56,812 nucleotides of DNA from Chiloscyllium plagiosum (lineage: Eukaryota): NCBI RefSeq assembly GCF_004010195.1, contig NC_057718.1:62295407-62352218 (forward strand), written 5' to 3'. The stretch's first letter is position 1, and every line of letters begins with the position of its first letter. The notes under the pieces were generated by a model, which ran no database searches, was not told the origin of the DNA, and saw nothing but the letters and a program-made list of their open reading frames with translations. The translations under genes and the position numbers were made by a program. Shown one piece after another: positions 38,201 through 50,200 of this stretch.

Positions 38201-41200
38201 TACACCAAGAAGTGCTTGAACACTTCAAAAGGTCACCTGTTCGTCAATAACAACAAGCTATGAATATGGTTTATCTTTCTTTAGGAAAATGTTTTAGGAG
38301 TTCCACAAAAAATTGACATTTTGACAAACTATGAAAGCTTTAATTATCTCTCAAGATACCAAGGCCTGAACACTATTTAAGTGTTTCTGTTCAGTATGGC
38401 TATGTTAAAGCAACATCACACTTGGTATCTGAAATGAGAAAAATTAGTTGTCCGTCAAATTTCATTTTCACTAGTTTAAAAGAAATAGAGAGATTGAAAA
38501 GGTGCAATGTTGGAGTATTAAGACAAAACTGATGAAGAAAGTTAAATATACAGTGAAAAAATAAATTGTTGCTGAAATAAGATGATCTTCAATTATACAA
38601 AGGTTTTAACTGGTTTTTAAGTGCCATGTAATTTCAAAGAATAGCTTCTTTGAAAATGAAAGCAGTTTCAGATAAAGTATTTAATTATTGCAAAACAAGC
38701 ACAAAGAAAAAAAATTACCTAGAATAATTACTTACCCTAGTTCCTGTTTTACCAGCAACCACGTGGCATGCTATTAGGCAGATGGACACACCCAAAGACA
38801 AAAGGAAGAAAACAAGTGTAAACAATTAAAATGATGTAAGATTTCCTGTTACCTTTGACCAAATGTCTAAGTACATCAGATGAAATACCAGTCAAGGCCC
38901 ACTCAACAAAACATGAAACAAGACAGGAAGTGAACATCACACATTTGATTTATAGTAACTGACATTCCAAACCTGCTCAAGAAGGATTTTACGAAATTTT
39001 CTTTACTCTAAATAGCAACAATATTCTTAAATTGTTTGGCACATTCAAATTTCTACTTATAATTGTTCATACTGAATCCCTGATTTATTAATAATTAATT
39101 ATATTTTTATGAACACATGAAAGGTTTTAACCAGAGCTTTTGCAGGACAGAAGAATAATTTCACTAAGAGATGCAACATGTTTCCATTTTGAATCAGAAT
39201 CAAACACATTTGGATCGGGTAGGTATAAGTTAATTAGATATAGAGCAAGACTCTTTCTTCCAGGTCAACAGCCTACCACATTTCAGAAGACCATGACCTA
39301 GTGCAAGAGTCTCAAATATTTTGCTTCCAAGACACCCACTCCCATAACATTTCCACAGACACCACTGCAACATAAGTTTGATTTTCCCCTGTACAAAGTT
39401 GTTACTTTCGTTTTACTTGATGGCTATATTCCAGTATTTCCTCTTTTTAGGCTGAGATTTTCTCTTTCCTCCCCACTCTGACTGACCAGAAACCTCTCTC
39501 ATACTTACCCATTCAAATTACAATTTTCTGTTAAATAAAGTACATATTGTACAAATATAGACTGGACAGGTTTAATTCCTAATACAATCGAGAGTAATTC
39601 AGTAATTGGGGAAGGAGCATTGTGGAGGAAGAGGAGTGAAATGATGCGCATTAGATGGAATTAAAAGAGAAATATGGAACACAAAGAAAACGTTGACGTA
39701 TGGGCACATTATTATTACCCAAGGTTACAAAGGGATCTTGGTCAATTGGGTCAATGGACTGAGGAGTGGCACATGGAGTTTAATTTGGATAAACATAAGG
39801 TACTGTATTTTGGTAATACAAACAAGGACAGGACTTCTACAATTAACGTTCAGACCCAGGGTAGAGGATGCTCATGTCAGAAAGGGAGTGGGAAGGGGAA
39901 TTAAAATGGGAAGTGACTGGGAGGTCCAGTCGGCCCCTGCGGCCTGGCTGAGATGCTCAGCAAACTGTTCCCTAAGATTATAACTGGTCTCCCCAGTGTG
40001 GGGAAGATCACATCGGGAGCACCTGATGCAGTAAACTAGGTTGGAAGAGAGGCAGGTGAACCTCTGTCTCACCTGGAAGGACTGTTTGGGCCCTGGAAGT
40101 AGGTGAGGGGGATGGTGTGGCAGCAGGTTTGCATTTTTTCCGGTTGCAGGGAAAGGTACCTGGGAGTTCGGCGGGGTGAGTGGGGGGGGGGAAATGTTGG
40201 TGGGGAGAGTGGCTCAAACCAAGGATTGTCAAAGGGAACGGTCCTTGCGGAAAGCAGAGAGGGGTGGGGAGTGGAAGGTGTTCTTGGTGATGGACTCTCG
40301 TTGGAGTTGGCAGATATGTTAAAAGACAATGTGGAGACTGGGGAGGTGATAGGTGAGGACAAGGGGTACTCTGTCTTTATTGTGATTGGAGGGGGGTGCA
40401 GTTTAGAGCAGTGGAACAGGAAATGGGGGTGGTCACTGCCCATTTTGATTCTCCTTCCCACTCACTTTCCGACATGACCATCCTTGGCCTCCTTCATTGC
40501 CACAACGAACTAAACTGCAAATTGGAGGAACAACACCTTGTCTTCCGCCTGGGCAGCCTACAGCCTGGAGGACTCAAAGTTGAGTTCCCAAATTTCAAAT
40601 AACCTTCCTTCCCATTCTCCGACTCACTGCCCAACCCCCTCCACTCCTCCCAGCCACCTAGCAGATTCATTCCTCCCATTGAACAACCAGGTCGTAGCCT
40701 CTACCTGTCTTCATCTATCCCTACTTCACGACCCTGCCCTCACCACCCCCTTTATCTGCAGTTCCCCTTACATCCACCCCCAGTCCTGAAGTGTTACACC
40801 TGAAACATTGGCTTCTCCACCTCCTGATGCTGCCTGGCTTGCTGTGTTCTTCCAGCCTCCTGCTTGACTATCTCTGCTGCTATTGATGGCCAATAGTGCC
40901 TCATAGTTGCCCAGTCTCAAGCTGCTTGATTTGTTTATCGTCTGTCCCATTTGACATGGCGATAGTGCCACACAACACAATGTAAGGTATTCTTAATGTG
41001 AAGAGGTGGGACTTTGTCTCAAGATCTGTGTGTTGGTTACTTTTACTGATACTATCACAGACAGAGGCATCTGCAATAGGCAGATTGCTGGGTACATCAG
41101 TCACCTTAACTCCAGGACAAATCTGCAGGAGTTCCTCAGGATGGTGCCCTAGGCCCAACTATCACCAGCTGTTTCATCAATGACCTTCCCTTCACCATAC

Positions 41201-44200
41201 GTTCAGAAGTGGAAAGGTTCACTGGTAACTGCTCACTATCATTCAAAATAATTACTGAAACAGTCCATAACCAAATGCAGCAAAACTGGACAACATATAG
41301 GCTTCAGCTGAAAAGTGGCAAGTAACATCAGAACCACAGTAATGCCGCAAAATGACCATGACCAACAAGAGAGAACCTAACCATTGTCCTTTGACATTCA
41401 ATAGCATTATCATCACTCACTCCCTTATTATTAACATCTGTGGGGTTGTCATTCACCAGAGATTGAACTCGATTAACCATTAACCATAATAAAGCAATGC
41501 CTAGAAGAGCAGGTCAGAAGCTATAGATCCTGCAATGAGTAACTCATAAGTGGGCGGCACGGTGGCCCAGTGGTTAGCACTGCTGCCTCACAGCGCCTGT
41601 AGACCCGGGTTCAATTCCCGACTCAGGCGACTGACTGTGTGGAGTTTGCACATTCTCCCCGTGTCTGCGTGGGTTTCCTCCGGGTGCTCCGGTTTCCTCC
41701 CACAGTCACAAAGATGTGCGGGTCAGGTGAATTGGCCATGCTAAATTGCCTGTAGTGTTAGGTTAAAGGGGTAAAGGTAGGGGTATGGGTGGGTTGCGCT
41801 TCGGCGGGTCGGTGTGGACTTGTTGGGCCGAAGGGCCTGTTTCCACACTGTAAGTAATCTAATCCTGACCAACCCCACTGCCCGCTTCCCATTGCCCACC
41901 GCTGTTCACCATCTACAAGACACATGTTAGGAGTTTGATGGTATTCTCCCATTTGGGTGGATGGGTGCAGTTTCAAACTCAAGAAGTTTGAAACGATCCA
42001 TGTCAAAGTAGCTCCCTTGTTTGGCATCAAATCCACAAACATCCATTCCCCTCATCACCGACATTCAGTATCAGCAGTGTATACTGTCTACAAGATGCAC
42101 TGCAAAAAAAAATCACCAAGATTTCCTTAGACAGCACCTTCCAAAGTCGAAAAGTGTGGCACTGGTAAAGCACAGCAGGTCAGGCAGCATCCGAGAAGCA
42201 GGAGAGTTGACATTACGGCTTACGATGGAGGGCTTGTTCTCGAAATTTCAACTCTCCTGTTCTTCGGATGCTGCCTTACCTGCTGTGCTTTTCCAGCATC
42301 ACACATTTCAGACTCTGATCTCCAGCATCTGCAGTCCTCATTTTCTCTCGGAACCTTCCAAACCTATGAACACTTACATCTAGGTAGCAGATATATGATC
42401 CCATAACCTGCAAGTTCCCCTCAAGGCCACTCACCATCCTGACTGGAACTCTTGAACGCCATTGTGGCATACCTAAGGACATGGACTGCAATGGTAACTA
42501 GGGATGGGCAATGACTGCTGACCCAGCCAGTGACACCTACATTTCATTAATGAATAAAAAGTAGGCAAACTATTTACTTCAAACACCTCCTGTGGTAACA
42601 AGTTTTCCACATTCTCATCACAATTTGTGTAAAGATGATCTTCCTGAATTTCCAGTCAGATATTTCGAAGACCAAATATATTGATGGTGTTAAATCATGC
42701 TCTTCCTCACATAGAGAAACATACTCTCTACATTCATCCTATCAAACCTATAATTATTTTAAAGAAAGCTCAACCTACTTTTGTCATGAGAAAAAGAGAC
42801 TCAGCTTGTCACAAGTCCCCTCACATTGGGTTGTTGTTCAATGTTCAGAAATGCCTTGCGACTGGACATTGTCATTGAACCACTCAAGTGTTTCTGAGTG
42901 ATCAGGAGTGCCTTTGCAGAAGCTCGTTATGGAGCCCTTGACAGCAGACCAGAAGCTGCGGGCATTCAGTGTCTCTGGGATACCAAGTGTGTGCTAACAT
43001 CATGGGCAGGGTGTAAGTGCACCCAATACACAGTGGGCACCAGCCCCCCTTTCCTGCATTTTTTTTAATCTCCCCTACAAAAAGTGGCCTGCAAACACTA
43101 AGCATATTATGGTTTGGACAGCACATTATCCTGGTCAATAGGCTAAATAAGAAGCCGAATAAACATTTACAGAACAACCTCAGTTATCCAAATGTCAATT
43201 ATCCGAATTTCGAATGATCTGAACAAGATCTCAAGGTCCCGTAAAAACGTTAGCCGAACAATCAGTTATCCGAACAAAATACTCTCCGCCCATCTTGTTC
43301 AGATAATCGAGGTTGTTCTGTAATGAGTTATTGAAGTAGGGCTGGCAGGCTGCTGATTTCAGCACATGCCTACCTAGCCTAATATGGGAGTCAGTTAGCA
43401 GTAGGTGGGAAGGTAGCGAAGCTACCCACCTGACATTTCACTTGTCCCCTTCCCAACAAAACACATTTGGGTTTTTTTTGGGGGGAATGGGGGTTGCAAT
43501 GTAGCATCCAGCCCCAATTTTCAGATTTGTCTAATTAGTACGTAGTTTATCCTTAGGAAGGAATACAAATATAAAATAAACAGTCACCCATTTCACAGTA
43601 TTTGTGGTATTCCCCTCAATGGTTATGGATCCACAACACAAATCCCTCCTTAATTAAGTGGCATTAAACTGTAATTTCATTCACATAACAAGTATGGCTA
43701 GTGCGAGAAAAAGAAAAATCACATCAATGTGCAAGGATTGCCTATCTGACATCTAGGTTAAAGCATATTACTGAATATAGCCCCTAACCTAGCATCTGAC
43801 TCGAGTGTTGCTTTATGCTGATATGAGGTCACAGACATAATAAAGTGTTACACTCCCTTATCTTAACATTGCCTTTCTCCATTTGACGCTGACAGGAATA
43901 AGATTCACAGAAATTGAAACCAGTAACCATCAACAGGACTATTTACAAAACCCTGAATAGATACTAATTAGGTCAGGATATTCACACAAATGTAAATTAG
44001 CTATGTTTTCTGATTTGTTAATACTTCCGTAGAAAGAAAACTTAACTGCTGACAGTGGAAGATCATATGAAAAATGGCAAGTTTTTCATAAATCTAGTTT
44101 AGTTCGCCACCTGTTGTTCAAATTTTAAAAAGGAACAACCCAAGAAATTACACACTATTCTTGTAAACAGTGGCACATTGCGAGATAAAAATCAGCGTAC

Positions 44201-47200
44201 AGCTCAAAAATATAAACTATAACCATCAAAAAGGATACAGACTAGTGGAACAGACACAACAGATGCAGTCAATGTAATGAAATGTGAAATCAGATTTTAC
44301 ACAATACTACAGCAAAACTAAACATATACCGCATGTTTCATAACAGAGTGGAGCAGCAACAAATCAAAGATTTAGATATATTGATTTTTTTTTAAAAGAA
44401 ATCTGCGAAGTAATCATAAAACAAATGGAAAATCTAGATTTGATACAGACTGGCAGAATGTCACGAGTGCTGTGCCATAGGAGTCGGTGCTGGAGCCTCA
44501 ATTCTGCAATTTATACAAAGTTTTTTGGATGAAGATACCAAAGGTATGAGAACTAAATTTGCTGATGACACAAAGATAGGAAAGTGAATTGTGAAAAAGA
44601 CATAAGGGACCAAGATAGGATGAGCGAGTGGGTAAAGTTCTAGCAAATGGAGTACAGGTCTGGTATTTCTTATCTGGAAACCATGGGGCTAACATCTTTT
44701 TGGAAATAAGACAATTTTGGTTTTTGGACACAGCCTATTTACTCGACAGGTTATTCTTGATTTAAAATGACTTTTATCAGTTCCTGTTGTTGAAGGTATT
44801 GACTTTTGCTGATAACTTTCCTAAGCCCGATAGTACTGTAGTTTTGTCTCCATGTTTCCTCCTTTTAGAAATAGTCCTGGACATTGGAGTTTAGGTCTTT
44901 GGGTCCATTCGGTTCCAATTGCTTGTTGAGGACACAGGAGGATGCTTTTGAAAAACCTTCTGTTTTTAGGTCTTTGTGGCTCTTGGACGTGCAGATGTAG
45001 GATACCCAAACTGTACAATGTGGGGATATGTGAAATAGTCTATTTTGGCAGAAAGAATAAAAAAGCAGATGGCAGAGCTCTGAAATGCAGAAAGATCTGG
45101 GTGTCCTGGCACATGAATCACTGCAACAAGTAATCAGGAAAACAAATAAAACGTTGTGTTTTATTGTGAGGGGGACTGAATGTAATAGCAGTTATACAAG
45201 ACAATAGTTATACCATATCTGGAGTATTGGTCACCATTTTTATGGAAGGATGTTAATACATTGGAAGCCATTTTTATGGAAGGATGTTAATACATTGGAA
45301 GCAATTCGTAGAAGGTTTACTAGACAAATACTTGGAATGACCCTTCAGAAGAAAGACGAGACAGGCGAGTTCTTCATCCTCTGGAGTTCAGAAGAGTCAA
45401 AATGACTTAATCGAAATAAACAAGGTCCAGAGGGGACATGACCAGGTGGATGCTCAAAGGACTTTTCCTCTTGTGGGAGAATCTAAAATTTGAGATAATT
45501 TAAAAATAAGGGAGCATCCCTTTAGAACAGAGATGAGGAAACTTTTTTTTTCCCTCTCAGGTGAATGTCTTTGGAAAACCCTGATTATTAAGGGGGATGA
45601 AAGGTTATCAGGGGCATACAGGAATGTAGAGTTGAAGTTAAAATTCAGAACAGCCATGATCTTAGTGAATGGCAGAGCAGGCTTGAAGGCCCAAGTGCTC
45701 TACTATTGTTCCCTTGTTCATATGTTTGTTCACGTGGCACTGAGTTTATTTCATTCATTCAGGTGACATGGGAGCTGACTGTAACCTCAGTGTTTACTGT
45801 CCATCCCTTGTGACTTCGGCAATGTTATTCAACTGGAATGGTTGATGTAGTACTGGTTCAACTACAGCACTGTTGGAGGGAGTTACAGAATTTTGACGCA
45901 CAGCAGTAAAGGAGCAACAGTATAATTCCAAGTCAGGATGGTGTGGTGATTGAAAGGGGAATTGCATGTGGTGTTTCCATACATGTGCTGTGCTTATTCT
46001 TCCAGACAATACAGAGTGAGGGCTTTTGGAAGCTACTGTCCAAAGAGCATTGACTAATTGCCGCAGTGGATCTTTTAGATGGATAGACACTGCTAGAACT
46101 GTGTGTTATGTGTGGAAGATGATAGATAATGTGCCAATCAAATGGGATGCTTTGTCTTGGATGGCATCAAGCTCCTTTATTGATAATTGACCAAAAGAAC
46201 CAAAGACTTACACTTGGTTAATTATAAAACAACTAACATTGCATTGAGCAAACAACTAACATTGCATTGAGCAAACAACTAAGCAGACAGGTTTAGTAGC
46301 ACTGGTGGCTACATGGTCTGTTTCTACTCACAAGAGAGTTTGAAAGCAGATGCCTGAACAAGGAGGTGCTCAAACTCAACTACATTTGGTCCGGGATCCT
46401 AGACAGAGATTCGTGTGACATGTTAAAGGAAAGACAAGAAACTTACATAAACTGTGTTTCTGTCTCTCATTATTTGAACTGAAGTGTAAAGAGCATAATC
46501 TTCCAATGGATAGAGTTCATAGACAAACTTGCTGTCTTCATATCTCTGACTGATAAGCAAATTTACAGTCAAGAAAATTAACAAAGAGAAGCAAAAAAAG
46601 GTTCAGATATACATTTTATGGAACAAAAAAGTGCATTTTTATCAAAAAAGATAAGTTGGACGACTCACCTCTCTGACTAAAAGCTGGGGAGGCAGTGAAA
46701 CTGAAAATACGAGACTGTTAAAATGATAACCAGCAGAGTCCACTTCAGCACACACCTAAAAACAAACAAAAAGCTATCTATTCTCCGCAGAATACAAACT
46801 TGAAAAAACACAAACAATAAACTCCTTTAAAGTTTGTACTTATTTTGCAGGCAGCCTCCTTTTTTAGATAGTGTACAAAGTCTCATTTTTGTTCTTGCTT
46901 CCCTTTTCCTCAGTACTGACTCATGGCAGAATCATCATTTCCATTGATAACTACTCATTATACATGTTTTTGTACATGTAATTTTCCCAATATGGTCTCA
47001 TCAGCCAACATACGCAATGACTCATGTAAAACAAGTAATTTTTATGAGTTCTTACTAGCATGAGCAGATGGAGGTCATTAGGAGCAATAACAGTCATGAA
47101 ATTTTGTTGACAAAAACAGCTTAAAGATAAATTATCCAAAATTAGGCCATTGAATATGGTGAGCCTAACTGGTTTCTACTGATTAGATACAGAGAAGGTT

Positions 47201-50200
47201 ATTCACCTTGGAAACATTTATGCATACTTGGACTTGATTTTTGGTATCCAGGAGTTTTTCTTTAATAACTGCAAACCACATTAAATAGAAACCAAATAAT
47301 AGAAAAGTAAAACAGTAGCAGGAAATGTTGCAGAGGTACAAATATGTGGGCTTTTAGATGGAAAGGATTTGGAATCCGAAACTGAAGTTGACGTCAAAAG
47401 GGAGTCACAGTCGCCAACAACTGAGGTAAGCTCAAGGAAGCTGTCAGACAGAAGGACTGAATCAGTGGCAAAAGAGACGAGTTTGCAACGGCGCAGTAAC
47501 AATAATTTTAATTTCTCAATGTTGAGCTCTCAGGAATCTAGCAGATCTGACACCATCTTTGCAACGAGAAACAGAGTTAACATTTCTCTCTCCACAGATG
47601 CAGCCATACCAGTTGAGTTTCTCCAGTATTTTCTGATTTTATTTCAGGGGCCAATGGTCTACAACTCTCACCATTGTGTGCAGCATCTCCTCTCAATGGC
47701 TGTCATCCATCTCTTCCTCCTATACTACATTAAACTATTAACCTTTCCTGACTTCTGATGCTTCGTACACTCTCAGTTGGGACACCTCACCATCCCTGCT
47801 GCTTGTGCACCACCACTACATTTATTATTCTGTGATGAAATGACAAAGTTGCTGGCTGGCCAACATTTATTGCCTGTCCCTAGTTGCCGTTCATAAGATG
47901 GTGGTGAGCTGCCTTCTTGAACCACTGTACTCTATGCACTGTAGGTCGATGAACAATGCCATTACAGAGGCATTTGATCCAGGATTTTGATCCAGTGACA
48001 CTGAAAGAACAACAAATAATTTCAAGTCAGGTTGGTGAATGGCTTCAAGGGGAATTTACGGCGTAGTAGTGTTCCCATGTATCTGCTGCACTTGTCCTTC
48101 TAGATGGAAGTGGTCATGTGTTTGGAAGGTGCTGTCTAAGGATCTTGAGCGAATCTCTACAGTGCACCTTGTAGATTGTTGCTGCTACTGAGCACCTGTG
48201 ATGGAGGGAGTGGTTGCTGGTGGATGCGGTGCCAATTGTGGGTTACTTTGTCCTGGACGTGTTAAGCTTCTTCAGTCTCATTGGAACTGCATTCATCCAA
48301 GCAAGGGGGGGGGGGGGGGGGGGGGGGGAGTATTCCATTGCATTCTTGACGTGTCCCTTTAGAGATTTAAGGAGTTACTCACAGCAGTATTGCTAGTTTC
48401 TGACCTACATTTGTAGCTATTGTATTTATGTTGAATTTCTGGTCAATGATAACCCCCAGGATGTTGATAGTGGAGTATTCAGTGATGGTAACACCATTGA
48501 ATTTCAAGGGGCTGTGGTTCAGATCGTGTCTTACTGGAGATGGTCATTGCCTGGCATTTATGTGGTGTGAATGTTACGTGCCACTTACAAGCCCAAGCCT
48601 GGATATTGTCTAGGTATCGTTGCATTTGAAGATGGTCTGCTTCAGTATTTAAGGAATGGTGCTGAATATTTGGTATGCTTACAGTTAATTGGACACTTCT
48701 GACCTTTCATTGGAGGGGAGGTCTTTGATGAAGCAGCTGAGATGATTGAGCCTAGGACACTCCGGAGGCACATCTGCAGAGATATCCTACAGCTGAGATG
48801 ACTGACTTCCAACAATCACAACACTCTTTCCATGTGCTAGGTTTGACTCCAACCAATGGAAAGTTTGGCCCCTAGTTCCTTCGGATTCCAGTTTGCTCCT
48901 TGATGTCACACTTGGTCAATGCGATTTTGATGGCAGAAGGACATCATGAAGGCTATAAAAAGCCTTGGATGGGTAGAAAGGCACATGTTGGCATGGAGGG
49001 AATGAAGAGCCATGGTGGATGCTTGAAGGACATGGGGTGGCATGGGTTGCCACAGATGGAGTATCAGGGGTGTGGGTGAAGTGAGGGCAAAGCTTTTCTT
49101 TTTGTTACACTGTGCTTTTTAAAAGGGTCACAGCACATCAAGCTATGCATTTTGGACAGCTAGGCTTCACATCAGACAGCTTTGGCTGCCTCAACTCTTT
49201 TAATGGGCGGTGGGCCTAACTTCAGTTATCAGCCATGTACCCAAAATTTAATTGTCCCAGGAATTTGGGGTTTGTGAAACTGGAAATTTTTCCTCCAGAC
49301 TATGGAGCAAATGTTCAAGCTGGGGAGAGCGAGAGAGACCGAGAATGCTTATGGCAGTTGAGAAAGCTGACTGTAGTCTTGATTCGAGCTCAGTTCGCAA
49401 GGCGCTGAAAAGTACTACACTGACCCTAAAGTAAAATATGGTTTTCCTCTTCAACCATTTGAAAGATGTGCATCCACAATTTGTTAATGCATGTACCATT
49501 TGAATTTGCCACTAGCACATGTGAACAGATCTGCCTATCTCATCATTAAATTTTTTCAATGTCCCAGCATCCCCACACTCTTATGGAGTAGTGAATTCTT
49601 CCTTTGGGAGAAGTAATTTCTCATCATCTTATCTTTTATTTTAAAAGAACGACCTCTCATTGAGATTGCCCCACAAGGAAAAATCCTCTGTTTACTTTGT
49701 AATCCCTTTTAACATCTGAAATATCTCAATGAGATCTCTCATTCTTCTAAACTCCAGACAGTAAGAGCCTGAAGTACTCAATCTCTCTTGAGACAAACCC
49801 CTCATCACTGGAATCAATCTAGTGAAACTCTTCTGAACTGCTTCTAATGCAACTACATTCCATCTCAAGTGAGGAGACCAAAATTGTCTACATTATTCCT
49901 GACAGTGGTCTCACCAATACCTTGTATAATTGCAGCCACAATTCTCTACTTGTGCTCTATTCCTTCAGCAATGAATGCCAAGACTCCATTCGCCTACCTT
50001 ATTAAGGTCACTAATGACAGAAAGCTCGAAACAAGTAAGAAACTGAATTAATGCATGACCTTGCCTTCCTGAAATATTAAAATTCCTTGCTATTAATGAT
50101 TTAACTCACCATACAAAACTTAAACTGTTTGATCAGCGTCTGACATCTAAAGAGGTTTATAACAGGTTTAAGGTTAATTTATCTAACAGAGATCTTGATA

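Larger units (their letters stand above)
44450..45730 (+). mobile_element. Decayed CR1 LINE containing a DNA transposon
   Basis: SVLEPQ, KFADDTK and LEY motifs; CR1 3' UTR. Confidence 0.8.

Noticed and set aside
41550..41625. tRNA gene
   Set aside because: The A/B boxes belong to a V-SINE head that continues into the V-domain; the same applies to the other SINE heads.
46227..46282. CRISPR-like repeats (also 45235-45302 and 51474-51529)
   Set aside because: Head-to-tail duplications without unique spacers in a vertebrate intron; no cas genes.
47369..47758. 129-aa Ser/Thr-rich ORF as an antisense gene
   Set aside because: No ATG start, no recognisable domain, and it runs into a Penelope tail fragment (~47570-47647).
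48305..48328. Poly-G tracts (also ~1860, ~5286, ~53171) as functional G-quadruplexes
   Set aside because: Homopolymer expansions mostly inside decayed repeats; their lengths are unreliable in assemblies.
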